Assembly: GCA_964528445.1 (NCBI GenBank)
Contig: CAZGSL010000001.1
Span: 82,530 to 114,529 of the forward strand
Length of the DNA stretch: 32,000 nucleotides
Origin: an uncultured Balneolaceae bacterium
Lineage (GTDB): Bacteria; Bacteroidota; Rhodothermia; Balneolales; Balneolaceae
Direction of reading: 5' to 3'
Below, piece after piece: positions 17,870 to 27,070 of this stretch; position 1 is the first letter of the stretch; each line of letters opens with the position of its first letter. The notes below the pieces were generated by a model, which did no database searches, had not been told where the DNA came from, and worked only from the letters and a program-made list of their open reading frames with translations. The position numbers and the translations under genes were made by a program.

Positions 17870-18364
17870 ATGGAAATTGACCGTTTTTTCTCCGTTTTCA
17901 AGACTGCCGGACGCGGGCTTGCCGCCCAGCGGGAACGGATCTCCGTCGCGTCCGAGAACATAGCCAACGCCAATACCACCAGGGCGGCGGACGGCGGGCC
18001 CTACCGGCCGAAAACGCTCCGGCTGTCGGCGGGAGAAGGCAGGCGTTTCGAGCGGACCCTTGAGGAGTCCCTGCTGCAGATGAACACCACCCAGGCTGAA
18101 CACAGAGCCGAACCCGGTCAGCCCGAAAGTGAGGGCGGAACCGAAGACCTGGGCCCGAGAGCGGAGGTGGTGGAGCAGGAACGATACCGTTTTGAATACG
18201 ATCCCGACCATCCCGACGCCGACGAAAACGGAATGGTCCGCTATCCCGACGTCAATATGGTGGAAGAGATGACGCGGATGGTTAGCGCCAACAGGCTCTA
18301 CGAGGCCAACCTGAGTGTTATCGAGGCGGAGAAGGAAATTATCAAACGCTCATTTGAAATCTGA
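17870..18364 (+). CDS. flgC: Flagellar basal body rod protein FlgC
   Basis: FKTAGRGLAAQRERISVASENIANANTTRAADGGPYRPKTL...NGMVRYPDVNMVEEMTRMVSANRLYEANLSVIEAEKEIIKRSFEI. Confidence 0.94.
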   Translation: MEIDRFFSVFKTAGRGLAAQRERISVASENIANANTTRAADGGPYRPKTLRLSAGEGRRFERTLEESLLQMNTTQAEHRAEPGQPESEGGTEDLGPRAEVVEQERYRFEYDPDHPDADENGMVRYPDVNMVEEMTRMVSANRLYEANLSVIEAEKEIIKRSFEI

Positions 18365-18372
18365 CAACCAAT

Positions 18373-18600
18373 ATGGAAACACGAGGAATCGGCGGTTTTC
18401 AGGAGTTCACAAACAACCTGATCAACAAAGCCGGGAACACACCGCAGGCGGAGGGAAAGGATCTCTCGGAAGCCGAGCGAAACATGATCGAGAGCAAGTT
18501 CAAACCTGGGAACAGCCCCATTGACCTCTACGGTTCGTCCGGAAATGTCCGCACCGAAAACCCCGGTGCCAAAGGGGGGAACATCGACTTCACCGTCTAA
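18373..18600 (+). CDS. Small (75 aa) uncharacterized protein in flagellar operon
   Basis: Co-directional ORF filling the flgC-fliE gap with 8-nt and 18-nt spacers: METRGIGGFQEFTNNLINKAGNTPQAEGKDLSEAERNMIESKFKPGNSPIDLYGSSGNVRTENPGAKGGNIDFTV. No family recognised. Confidence 0.75.
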   Translation: METRGIGGFQEFTNNLINKAGNTPQAEGKDLSEAERNMIESKFKPGNSPIDLYGSSGNVRTENPGAKGGNIDFTV

Positions 18601-18618
18601 CCAGAAAAGGAGTTCACC

Positions 18619-18942
18619 ATGCCCATTGACATAGGTCCCATCATAAGCAGGCTGCAGCAGCAGATGCCGGGTGACGAGGGCTTCGGCCGCCCCCGGCAGC
18701 TGGAGATCGGGGAAACGGAGGGGGAGAGTTTCTCGGATATGGTGCAGGATGCGATTGAAGATGTTGACGAAGCCCAGAAAAACGCCGATCAGAAAGTGGA
18801 GGATGTGGTGATGGGCCGCTCGGACAATATCCACGAAACCATGATCGCCATGGAGAAGGCCCAGCTGAGCTTTCAGCTGATGGTGGAAGTCAGAAACAAG
18901 GCGATAGAGACCTACCAGGAACTTAGCAGAATGCAGATCTAA
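18619..18942 (+). CDS. fliE: Flagellar hook-basal body complex protein FliE
   Basis: ESFSDMVQDAIEDVDEAQKNADQKVEDVVMGRSDNIHETMIAMEKAQLSFQLMVEVRNKAIETYQELSRMQI. Confidence 0.95.
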   Translation: MPIDIGPIISRLQQQMPGDEGFGRPRQLEIGETEGESFSDMVQDAIEDVDEAQKNADQKVEDVVMGRSDNIHETMIAMEKAQLSFQLMVEVRNKAIETYQELSRMQI

Positions 18943-18959
18943 ATTTTCAGGATACCTTT

Positions 18960-20603
18960 ATGGCCCGGTTGATCGATGCGTTTCAAAATTTCTTCAGTCC
19001 CCTGAGCAGTGCCCAGAAGGCGCTGTTTGTGCTTTTCAGCGTGGGGATACTTACGCTGGCCAGTATGCTTTTTTACTGGGCGCTCCAGCCCAGTTACACG
19101 ACGCTGTTCGGGTCGCTGGCGCCGGAATCGGCCCAGACCATTGTAGAGGAGCTGGAAGCCGACGGTATTCCCTATAAGCTGGGAGACAACGGCCGCTCCA
19201 TCCGGGTGCCACGGTCCCAGGTCTACGACCTGCGGCTGGAATACGCCTCGGAGGGAGCTGCCGGGGCCGACCACCAGGGTTATGAACTCTTCGACCAGAA
19301 CACTTTGGGGATGACCGACTTCATGCAGCGCATCAACAAGAAGCGCGCGATGGAGGGGGAGCTTTCCCGGACCATCAATAACCTGGAGCAGGTGGAATCC
19401 TCGCGTATCCATATTGTGCTGCCGGAACGCTCCGCATTCCAGGAGTCCACCATAGAGCCCACCGCATCGGTGATCCTGAACTTGCGGCAGGGAAAGCAGC
19501 TGGCTGACGACCAGATCCAGGGTATCGGCGCCCTGATCGCCGGCAGCGTCGAGGGATTGACCATGGAGAACGTGGTGCTGCTGGATCAGCTTGGTAACCG
19601 TATTTCGGACAATGTACTGATGGGCAGTGAAGGATCCTCGGGGACGGCTCATATGCGCCTGCGGCAGGATACCGAGAATTACCTGACCACCAAGGGCCAG
19701 AGTATGCTTGACCGGGTACTGGGGCCGGGCAACAGCATCCTGCGCATCTCCACGGATCATAATTTCGACAAGCTGACCCGCCAGTCCAACCTGATCGATC
19801 CCGAAAGCCGCACGATTATATCGGAGGAGAAGCGCACCAGCACCAACAACGACCAGACCCAGCAGCCGGTGGGCCAGGGCGAGGACGGGGAGGAGCTTCT
19901 CTCCACCGACCAGCAGCAGGGAGAATCGACCGTCCAGGTGAGAAATTACGAGGTAAACGAGACCCGGGAGCAGCTGGAGCGCCAGGTGGGCGAGGTTACG
20001 CGGATCAGCGCCTCCATCCTTCTCAACTACAAGACGGAGGAGACCCAGAACGAAGAGGGGGAAACCGTCACCGAATTCGTGCCCTACTCCCAGGATGAGA
20101 TAGCCGACATCCGTGAGGTTATGGAGGGAGCCCTGGGCATCCAGGAGGAGCGCGGGGACCAGCTCTCCATTACCCAGATCCGTTTCCAGGACTCCTACCG
20201 GAACGCGCCCGGTGATGAGCCTTTCTTTACCGATCCCGTCTCCCTGTTCGAGCTTATCCGCTGGATCGTCATGGCGGTCATCTTCCTGGTGGTTTCGGTG
20301 ATGGTCTACCGGATGACCAAGAACTTCAGCCTGGGCGGCGAGCCCCTGCTGGCACAAGGAGAGAAGGAGGAGAAAGAGAAACAGCTGTCCGAGGAAGAGC
20401 AGCGGTACCTGGAGGGCGAAAGCTCAGAGGAGGAGGATATCTACACCGAGAAATTGAGTGAAGAGGCCAAAGAGGTGGCCAAGGCCAATGAGATGTCCGA
20501 TGAGATCAAGGAGTTTGTGGACAAGAACACGCCTGAGGCCGCCAGCTACGTCCGCAGCATGATGAGCGGGGTTATGAGCAGCGATTCAAAAAAGAACAAT
20601 TGA
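18960..20603 (+). CDS. fliF: Flagellar M-ring protein FliF
   Basis: YTTLFGSLAPESAQTIVEELEADGIPYKL...RLEYASEGAAGADHQGYELFDQNTLGMTDFMQRINKKRAMEGELSRTINNLEQVESSRIHIVLPE. Confidence 0.97.
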   Translation: MARLIDAFQNFFSPLSSAQKALFVLFSVGILTLASMLFYWALQPSYTTLFGSLAPESAQTIVEELEADGIPYKLGDNGRSIRVPRSQVYDLRLEYASEGAAGADHQGYELFDQNTLGMTDFMQRINKKRAMEGELSRTINNLEQVESSRIHIVLPERSAFQESTIEPTASVILNLRQGKQLADDQIQGIGALIAGSVEGLTMENVVLLDQLGNRISDNVLMGSEGSSGTAHMRLRQDTENYLTTKGQSMLDRVLGPGNSILRISTDHNFDKLTRQSNLIDPESRTIISEEKRTSTNNDQTQQPVGQGEDGEELLSTDQQQGESTVQVRNYEVNETREQLERQVGEVTRISASILLNYKTEETQNEEGETVTEFVPYSQDEIADIREVMEGALGIQEERGDQLSITQIRFQDSYRNAPGDEPFFTDPVSLFELIRWIVMAVIFLVVSVMVYRMTKNFSLGGEPLLAQGEKEEKEKQLSEEEQRYLEGESSEEEDIYTEKLSEEAKEVAKANEMSDEIKEFVDKNTPEAASYVRSMMSGVMSSDSKKNN

Positions 20604-20608
20604 CTGTT

Positions 20609-21640
20609 ATGAGCAGCGACACACAGATGATCGACGACATATCGTCGCTTAGCGGCGCCCAGAAGGTGGCCGTGCTTATGATCTCCCTGGGCGTGGAGAA
20701 GGCTTCCTCCGTCCTGAAGGAGTTGAAAGACGACGAGGTGGAGAAAATCACCATCGAGATCGCCAAGATGGACAACATCAGTCCGGAGGTGGTCGACGAG
20801 GTGGTCAAGGAATTTCACGGACTTATGAACGAGAAGCGGTTTCTCCTGGAGGGTGGAATGGACTACGCCCGGCACGTACTGAACGAAACCAAGGACCGCT
20901 ACGAGGTTCGCGGCATGATGAAACGGCTGGAGAGCAAGACCGGGAACGACACCTTCGGAATATTCCAGTCGGCCGAAACGGCCCAGATTGTCCAGTTCCT
21001 CCAGAACGAACACCCCCAGATCGCCGCGGTGATCCTGGCTCACCTGAACCTGAACCGGGCCGCGGAGATTCTGTCTGCCCTTGAGCCCGAGGCCCAGGGG
21101 GAGATTTCCATGAGAATGGCCCGGATGGGATCCATATCGCCCGATGTTATCGAAGAGATCGAAGAGGTGATCCGGGACCAGGTCAGCGCCACCTACATGC
21201 AGGCCGAGAACATACGGAAGGGCTCCTCCGCCGTGGCCAACATCCTCAACGAGACCGACCTGGCTACCGAGCGCAGCGTCCTGGAGTCGATCGACAAGAT
21301 CGATTCTCAGCTGGCGGAGGAGATCAAGAACCAGATGTTCCTCTTCGAGGATATCCTGGAGCTCGAAGACCGGGACGTCCAGGCTATCATCAGCTCGGTG
21401 GACCGCTCGGATCTGGTCGTGGGACTGAAGGGGGTGGCGGACGAGCTGGTGCAGAAGGTCCTGGACAACATGTCGTCCCGCGCGAAGGAGATGTTCCTGG
21501 AGGATATGGAAGCCAGCGGACCGGTGCACCGGAAGCAGGTCGAGGAGGCCCAGCAGCGTATTGTCAGCGAAATCAAGCGGCTTGAGGAGGAGGGACAGAT
21601 CACCACGCGCAAAGCCGACGCGGAAGAATTGGTTGAATAG
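20609..21640 (+). CDS. fliG: Flagellar motor switch protein FliG
   Basis: LSGAQKVAVLMISLGVEKASSVLKELKDDEVEKITIEIAKM...NEHPQIAAVILAHLNLNRAAEILSALEP...MFLFEDILELEDRDVQAIISSVDRSDLVVGLKG. ORF track start TTG 20600; ATG 20609 is likelier. Confidence 0.97.
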   Translation: MSSDTQMIDDISSLSGAQKVAVLMISLGVEKASSVLKELKDDEVEKITIEIAKMDNISPEVVDEVVKEFHGLMNEKRFLLEGGMDYARHVLNETKDRYEVRGMMKRLESKTGNDTFGIFQSAETAQIVQFLQNEHPQIAAVILAHLNLNRAAEILSALEPEAQGEISMRMARMGSISPDVIEEIEEVIRDQVSATYMQAENIRKGSSAVANILNETDLATERSVLESIDKIDSQLAEEIKNQMFLFEDILELEDRDVQAIISSVDRSDLVVGLKGVADELVQKVLDNMSSRAKEMFLEDMEASGPVHRKQVEEAQQRIVSEIKRLEEEGQITTRKADAEELVE

Positions 21641-21651
21641 AGAAAACCATT

Positions 21652-22368
21652 ATGGACAGCAAGGTCATCAATTCGGAGCAGCTCAATTTCAAGGGGAAGG
21701 AGTTCGCCCGCCTCTCCTACGATATGCTGTTTGAGGATCAGGCGTCCGGCGAAGAGGAAAAAAATCCCTCGCTGGAGGAAGCGGTGGAGGGCATCAGCAG
21801 GGAGGAGCTCTCCGAGCGCCTTCGCGAGGTGGAGGAGGAGTGGCGTGAACGCCTGGAGGAGGAGCGGGAAAAGGCGGCCCGTGCGGCCTACGACCGGGGG
21901 AGGAAGCGCGGCAGGAAGGAGGCCGAGTCGTCGATGGAGAAGAACATCTCTACGCTGAAGTCGGCCCTGGAGAAGGCCGACCGGAAGATTGACGAAATGC
22001 TGGAGGAGCTTAAGCCGGAGATGGCCCGGATGGTATTTGACCTGGCCGAGAAGGTGGTCCGGGTTCCCCTGAAAGACGAGGGTATACGCCGGAAGGTAAG
22101 CAGTGAGATAAAGGAAGTTCTGGACAAGCTGGAGGAGGGAATCCGGGTAAAAATCAAGGTTTCTGAAAGCGATTACCTGGCGGTGGAGGAGAAGCTTGGG
22201 GATTGCGGGAACCGGGTGGAACTTACGTCCGGCGAAGAGCTGAATCCCGGGGAGTACTCCATTGACACCCGGAAGGAGAGGGTGGTGAAGCGTTTTACAA
22301 AGATCCTGGACGATTTCAGGGAATCCGTGGCATTGACAGACGACAAATCGTACAACGAGGTGGCCTGA
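21652..22368 (+). CDS. fliH: Flagellar assembly protein FliH
   Basis: Glu/Lys-rich N-terminus, FDLAEKVVRVPLKDEGIRRKVSSEIKEVLDKL...VKIKVSESDYLAVEEKL; position between fliG and fliI. Confidence 0.88.
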   Translation: MDSKVINSEQLNFKGKEFARLSYDMLFEDQASGEEEKNPSLEEAVEGISREELSERLREVEEEWRERLEEEREKAARAAYDRGRKRGRKEAESSMEKNISTLKSALEKADRKIDEMLEELKPEMARMVFDLAEKVVRVPLKDEGIRRKVSSEIKEVLDKLEEGIRVKIKVSESDYLAVEEKLGDCGNRVELTSGEELNPGEYSIDTRKERVVKRFTKILDDFRESVALTDDKSYNEVA

Positions 22369-23705
22369 TGATGCTCTCGTACATCAATGAGATATCGGAC
22401 CGGATGGAGGAGATGGAAGCGGAGCCCAAGCGCTTCGGCAAAGTCTCGTCCGTCGTCGGCACCGTCATCGAGGCCACCGGACTGGAAGCCTCGGTGGGAG
22501 AGCTGCATACCATTCACACCAGGCACGGTTCGGAAATCAGGGCGGAAGTGGTGGGCCTTAAAAACGAAGTGACCCTCCTCATGCCCCTGGACCGGGTGGA
22601 GGGAATCCAGGCGGGCTGCCTGGTGGAGTCCACGCCCCGCTCCATGAGCGTGCGCATCGGCGAATCCCTGCTGGGCCGGGTCATTGACGCCAACGGCATG
22701 CCAATCGACAACAAGGGTCCGCTGGTGGATTGCCGGAACTATCCCGTCCACAACGATCCCCCGGGTCCGCTGGAGAGGGAGAACATCGATGAAGTTCTCT
22801 TCAGCGGCGTGCGCAGCATCGACACCTTCCTGACCTTGGGCAAGGGACAGCGGATGGGAATTTTCGCCGGCTCCGGCGTCGGGAAGAGTACCCTGATGGG
22901 AATGATCGCCCGTCACTCCTCGATCGATATCAATGTGATCGCGCTGATCGGGGAACGGGGAAGGGAGGTCAAAGAATTTGTGGACGACGTGCTGGGTCCT
23001 GAGGGACTCCGCCGTTCCGTGGTCGTGGCCACCACCTCCGACAAGGCGGCGATGAGCCGTGTGAAAGCCGCTTATACCGCCACGGCCGTGGCGGAGTATT
23101 TCCGGGAAGAGGGGAGGGACGTCATGCTGATGATGGACTCCGTCACCCGCGTTGCCATGGCCCAGCGTGAAATAGGACTGGCCTCCGGGGAGCCGCCCAC
23201 CACCAAGGGATATACCCCCAGCGTGTTCGCCATGCTGCCAAAAATACTGGAACGGGCCGGAAAAACACCGGAGGGTAGCATCACGGGACTCTATACCGTA
23301 CTGGTCGACAACGACGATATGAACGAACCGATAGCCGATGCGGTGCGGGCCATCCTCGACGGACACATTGTTCTCTCCCGCGATCTGGCGCACAAGAACC
23401 ACTATCCGGCTGTGGACGTACTGGCCAGCGTCTCCCGCCTGATGGCCAAGCTGGTGGACGACGAAAAACGGGAGATCTCCCGGCAGGCCCGCGAACTGCT
23501 GGCGACCTACCGGGAATCGGAGGATCTGATCAATATCGGGGCGTACGTGGAGGGCAGCAATCCCAAAATCGATCGCGCGGTCGGATGTATCGAAGAATTA
23601 AACGATTTCCTGACGCAGGATATCACGGAGACTGATTTTGAGACCGACCTGTGGGAGAGGCTGGGACAGATCATCGGCTACGAAAATGCAGGTGGGATAC
23701 AATGA
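22368..23705 (+). CDS. fliI: Flagellum-specific ATP synthase FliI
   Basis: Walker A GIFAGSGVGKSTLMGMIAR; VIALIGERGREVKEF; DVMLMMDSVTRVAMAQREIGLASGEPPTTKGYTPSVF. Confidence 0.97.
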   Translation: MMLSYINEISDRMEEMEAEPKRFGKVSSVVGTVIEATGLEASVGELHTIHTRHGSEIRAEVVGLKNEVTLLMPLDRVEGIQAGCLVESTPRSMSVRIGESLLGRVIDANGMPIDNKGPLVDCRNYPVHNDPPGPLERENIDEVLFSGVRSIDTFLTLGKGQRMGIFAGSGVGKSTLMGMIARHSSIDINVIALIGERGREVKEFVDDVLGPEGLRRSVVVATTSDKAAMSRVKAAYTATAVAEYFREEGRDVMLMMDSVTRVAMAQREIGLASGEPPTTKGYTPSVFAMLPKILERAGKTPEGSITGLYTVLVDNDDMNEPIADAVRAILDGHIVLSRDLAHKNHYPAVDVLASVSRLMAKLVDDEKREISRQARELLATYRESEDLINIGAYVEGSNPKIDRAVGCIEELNDFLTQDITETDFETDLWERLGQIIGYENAGGIQ

Positions 23706-24130
23706 AATTTACCTTCAAATACGAATCCCTGAAGAAGATCCGCCGTCACCGGCAGGAGCGGGAGCAGCAGAAGCTCGCCGCGATACGGGGACGCAGGGCC
23801 GGGCTGCAGCAGGAGCTGTCGGCCCTGAGGAAAGAGCTCTCCGCCCCGATGGACGAATCCTCGAGGCGGCACTCCGTACAGCATGTGCGCCGCACGTTCC
23901 AGCACCACATGAGCCGGTTGAAGCGGTGCTGGAAAATGGAAAAGGAGTTGCTTCAGCTGGAGCAGGAGATCGAGCGCCAGCGCCAGCGCCTGCTGGAGGC
24001 CGACAGGGAGAAGAAAGTCCTGGAAACCCTGGAGGCGCGGGAGAAGATGAGGTTTGTCGAGAAGCTCCAGCACCGCGAACAGCTCCGTCAGAATGAGATT
24101 GCAACCCAAATGTACAACCAGAGAGGATAG
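23702..24130 (+). CDS. fliJ: Flagellar export protein FliJ
   Basis: MKFTFKYESLKKIRRHRQEREQQKLAAIRGRRAGLQQEL, coiled coil, overlaps fliI end by 4 nt; ORF track start at 23651 is inside fliI. Confidence 0.85.
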   Translation: MKFTFKYESLKKIRRHRQEREQQKLAAIRGRRAGLQQELSALRKELSAPMDESSRRHSVQHVRRTFQHHMSRLKRCWKMEKELLQLEQEIERQRQRLLEADREKKVLETLEAREKMRFVEKLQHREQLRQNEIATQMYNQRG

Positions 24131-24136
24131 CAGATT

Positions 24137-24763
24137 ATGGATACCAAACAGATAGCCATATATGCGGGAGGGTTCCTGGGATCCTTCCTGGTGTTGCTGG
24201 CCATCATGTATCTGATCTATCCCTATCTGCATCCCGAACAGGCGGAGGAGGTCGCCTCGGAATATTCCGAGCTCTCCGGAAACAGTTTTGAAACCGAGTC
24301 ATACAGCCCGGAGGCGGTGGATGCACTGAATCGGCAGATTACCAATTTGCAGACGACCATTGACTCTCTTAACAGCCGCAACAGCAATTATGAGCAGACC
24401 ATCGATTCGCTGGAAGGCAGGGTCGGGGAGCTGACGACCACGCTCGAAGAGCAAAATACGCGGCAGTCCGGGGTTGCGGAGGCCGCGTCTCCCGGTGAAG
24501 AGGGAGATCCTGTTGATCTGGATGCCGGGGATCCCCGGCAGGTCAGCGAACAGGTTACGGAAGCAAGCAGGGAAGAGCTGGAGGCGATTTCCAAATCGCT
24601 GCTGCGAATGGACGAAGACGCGCTCTCCCCGATTGTCAATTTGCTGGAAGACGAACAGCTCATCAGTCTCTACACCACGGGCAGCAGCCTGCAGCGGGAG
24701 AAGCTACTTCGCGCGCTGGAGCCCGAGAAAGCAGCGGAAATACTAAAAAAGGTCATGTCATGA
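24137..24763 (+). CDS. MotE-like protein (TM helix, coiled coil, C-terminal MgtE_N-like helical domain)
   Basis: IAIYAGGFLGSFLVLLAIMYLIYP; coiled coil; LLRMDEDALSPIVNLLEDEQLISLYTTGSSLQREKLLRALEPEKAAEILKKVMS resembles the MgtE N-terminal fold found in MotE/FliG-like modules; between fliJ and fliK. Confidence 0.72.
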   Translation: MDTKQIAIYAGGFLGSFLVLLAIMYLIYPYLHPEQAEEVASEYSELSGNSFETESYSPEAVDALNRQITNLQTTIDSLNSRNSNYEQTIDSLEGRVGELTTTLEEQNTRQSGVAEAASPGEEGDPVDLDAGDPRQVSEQVTEASREELEAISKSLLRMDEDALSPIVNLLEDEQLISLYTTGSSLQREKLLRALEPEKAAEILKKVMS

Positions 24764-27066
24764 ACCATCTACTATCCAGTTTGGTACAACAGTTGGGCGG
24801 CAAGCAGGCGCTCTCCGCGGGCGATCAGCGTACCGGCGGGAACCCACTCATGCCGGCGTCCTCCGGCGGCGGTGAAGGGGGCGGAGATCCCTTTTTCCAA
24901 ACCTACGTCTCCGTGCTGGGAGCCAATGTGAGCGGCGGCGAAGACGCAGAATCCGGATCCACCGGTTCCGCGAACGGTGGGGGAACTGCCAAAGGGGGAG
25001 AGAAAGTGCTGCCCGGAATGGCACTTGCGGCGCCGGTAACGCTGGAGAACGCACAGGAGGGAAAGGCATCATCGAATACCGATAACGAAGCATCCCAGTC
25101 GTCCGTCCAGGAATCCGGCAAGGTCGGGGAAATCTCCGGCGAGACGGCCGAATCGGGGGAAGCCCGGGAGGGTGGCGAATCTTCTGACGGGGAGAAATCA
25201 ACGGAAGCGAAAGAGGAGGAGACAACTCAGAACGCCGACGGCGAAAACGAAAGTGAGGGTGAAAGCACCGGGAATGAAAAAAAGTCCGCGGACAAGAAAG
25301 ACCAGCGTACGGAAAAACAGGGAACGTCTGCCGAAAACAGACCGACACTGACGTCCGGCGGGGAAACCGAGCGTAGTGCGGAAAGCGGCACGACAAACGG
25401 CACGGGCGGCGCTGCGGAGGGCGGAGAGAAGAGTTCCGCCACCGCCGCCGCGGAAAGCGAGAACAGCGGCGAAACCGCCAAGGACGCTTCGGCACAGACA
25501 TCGGGCAAAAAAGAGGGAGAGACCTCCGCGCGCCCGACGAACGCTTCCGGCCGCCCGACGGAAAACGGTTCCTCTGAGCCGTCCCGGGAGAGCCGGCCGA
25601 CGCAGGCGCTTGAAGAGAATGGGCAGAAACTGTCAGCGGAGGAGAAATCGAATGACGCCGGGGAGAAGAAGGGGGCAGATACCGGCAGCAAGAAGAGCTC
25701 CGGGTCCGAAACCGGTTCCCGGAAGCATTCGGCAGCGGCGTCCGCGCAGAAGTCCGGCGGCAGTGCCGCGACTGCGAGTCAGGCCGCGGCTGCGAGTCAA
25801 TCGGCTCCCGCCGGGTCGGCCGAAGGAACACAAAACAGCGGCCGTGCAGTGTCCGGTACGAACAGCTCCGGAAGCGAGTCCGCCGACAGCGCCAACCGTG
25901 CGTCCGCCGGTAGCAGCGGCAATGGATCCTCCGCCGGAGCCCAGGGCCGGAACGCCTCACGCGGCTCCAGCTCCACCTCGGGATCGGCACAGGCCGCGAA
26001 CACGCAGGCCGACAGCCGGGGCGGCACGGCAAACCCAGGCCGGACGTCCGGCGGTAAAACGGCGCCTGCAGCCCCGCGGCAGGGCGAGGTCCCTGACACA
26101 GGCGGCGGGGAAACCCGAAAACGTCAGCCGATGGAACAAGCAAAGGGATTGGGAGGAGAACGAAGTTCGTCGGGAAAACAGGACCAAAACCGTCCAAACC
26201 GTTCATCCGGCGGGAATTCCACCATCCGGCAGTCCGGTCCTGACCGGGCTCCTGCGGGCAGTCGGCAGGATGGGAAAACGATGGAACTCGATCCCTCCGG
26301 GAGCCGCTCCCGCGCCGTAGAACAGAAGAATCCGAAGGAGAGCGGCTTCTCCGGCATGGCCACCGGGGCCACTGGCACGAATGACACCGGCCGGCCTGAA
26401 CAGCAAAGGGCGGTGGGCTTCCAGCCTTTGAATCGGGTCACGGAAGCGGAGAGGGAGTTCTCTCCCTCGATGAAATCCACACAGGGGGAGCTGAACCGCT
26501 CCTCGCTGGAGATGATGGATACGGAAATGAGCGGAGAGCGGGAATTCGGCGGGAGCGATGACAGCGAAGGCGGTGAGATGAGAAAGCTGGAGGCCCTGAA
26601 CACCTCGCAGCTGCGCAACTCATCCGCCGTGCGCCAGAAATTGAGCATGCATATTGCCCGGGCCGTCCGGCAGGAGATGGTGCAGAGCCGCGGCGGCTCG
26701 GAGGCGCAGTGGCAGCATCACAGGTTTGTGCTGGACGACGGGCAGTCGGTGAATGTCTCCTTCCGACATGCGGAGGGGGCCATCCAGCTGCAGCTGGGAT
26801 CGGGCAGCGCCGAAATGAACAAGTTATTGCAGCAGCACCTGGGAGAGATCAGGGAGCATCTGCAGCAGGAGCTGGACGTGGATGTGAACCTGGAATTCCA
26901 GGACTTTGAAGGGAAACAGTTTGAAGGAGAACAGTCCGACCGGCCGGGAGATCTGACAAGAACGAGTACGCCCCTCGAGGGCGAAAGCGAGGGAGAGCCC
27001 TCTCCGTCGTCCGCCCCGAAGCAAGTACGGTATATGGGATTTAACACCAACGAATGGACAGCTTGA
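24760..27066 (+). CDS. fliK: Flagellar hook-length control protein FliK, with very long low-complexity region
   Basis: Position before flgD; ~500-aa Ser/Gly/Glu/Ala-rich region; C-terminal domain QHHRFVLDDGQSVNVSFRHAEGAIQLQLGSGSAEMNKLLQQHLGEIREHLQQELDVDVNLEFQD compatible with FliK_C (Flg_hook). Confidence 0.82.
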   Translation: MNHLLSSLVQQLGGKQALSAGDQRTGGNPLMPASSGGGEGGGDPFFQTYVSVLGANVSGGEDAESGSTGSANGGGTAKGGEKVLPGMALAAPVTLENAQEGKASSNTDNEASQSSVQESGKVGEISGETAESGEAREGGESSDGEKSTEAKEEETTQNADGENESEGESTGNEKKSADKKDQRTEKQGTSAENRPTLTSGGETERSAESGTTNGTGGAAEGGEKSSATAAAESENSGETAKDASAQTSGKKEGETSARPTNASGRPTENGSSEPSRESRPTQALEENGQKLSAEEKSNDAGEKKGADTGSKKSSGSETGSRKHSAAASAQKSGGSAATASQAAAASQSAPAGSAEGTQNSGRAVSGTNSSGSESADSANRASAGSSGNGSSAGAQGRNASRGSSSTSGSAQAANTQADSRGGTANPGRTSGGKTAPAAPRQGEVPDTGGGETRKRQPMEQAKGLGGERSSSGKQDQNRPNRSSGGNSTIRQSGPDRAPAGSRQDGKTMELDPSGSRSRAVEQKNPKESGFSGMATGATGTNDTGRPEQQRAVGFQPLNRVTEAEREFSPSMKSTQGELNRSSLEMMDTEMSGEREFGGSDDSEGGEMRKLEALNTSQLRNSSAVRQKLSMHIARAVRQEMVQSRGGSEAQWQHHRFVLDDGQSVNVSFRHAEGAIQLQLGSGSAEMNKLLQQHLGEIREHLQQELDVDVNLEFQDFEGKQFEGEQSDRPGDLTRTSTPLEGESEGEPSPSSAPKQVRYMGFNTNEWTA

Positions 27067-27070
27067 AACC

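Noticed and set aside
18939-20357. 472-aa minus-strand ORF
   Set aside because: Antisense to fliF; no recognisable domain.
22173-23402. 409-aa minus-strand ORF
   Set aside because: Antisense to fliI; composition of a shadow ORF.
24848-26206. 452-aa ORF on the minus strand
   Set aside because: Antisense shadow of the GC-rich low-complexity fliK; Arg/Pro/Ser-rich translation without domain features.
25376-26320. 314-aa ORF on the plus strand, alternative frame
   Set aside because: Overlaps fliK; Arg/Pro/Ala-rich translation is typical of out-of-frame GC-rich sequence.
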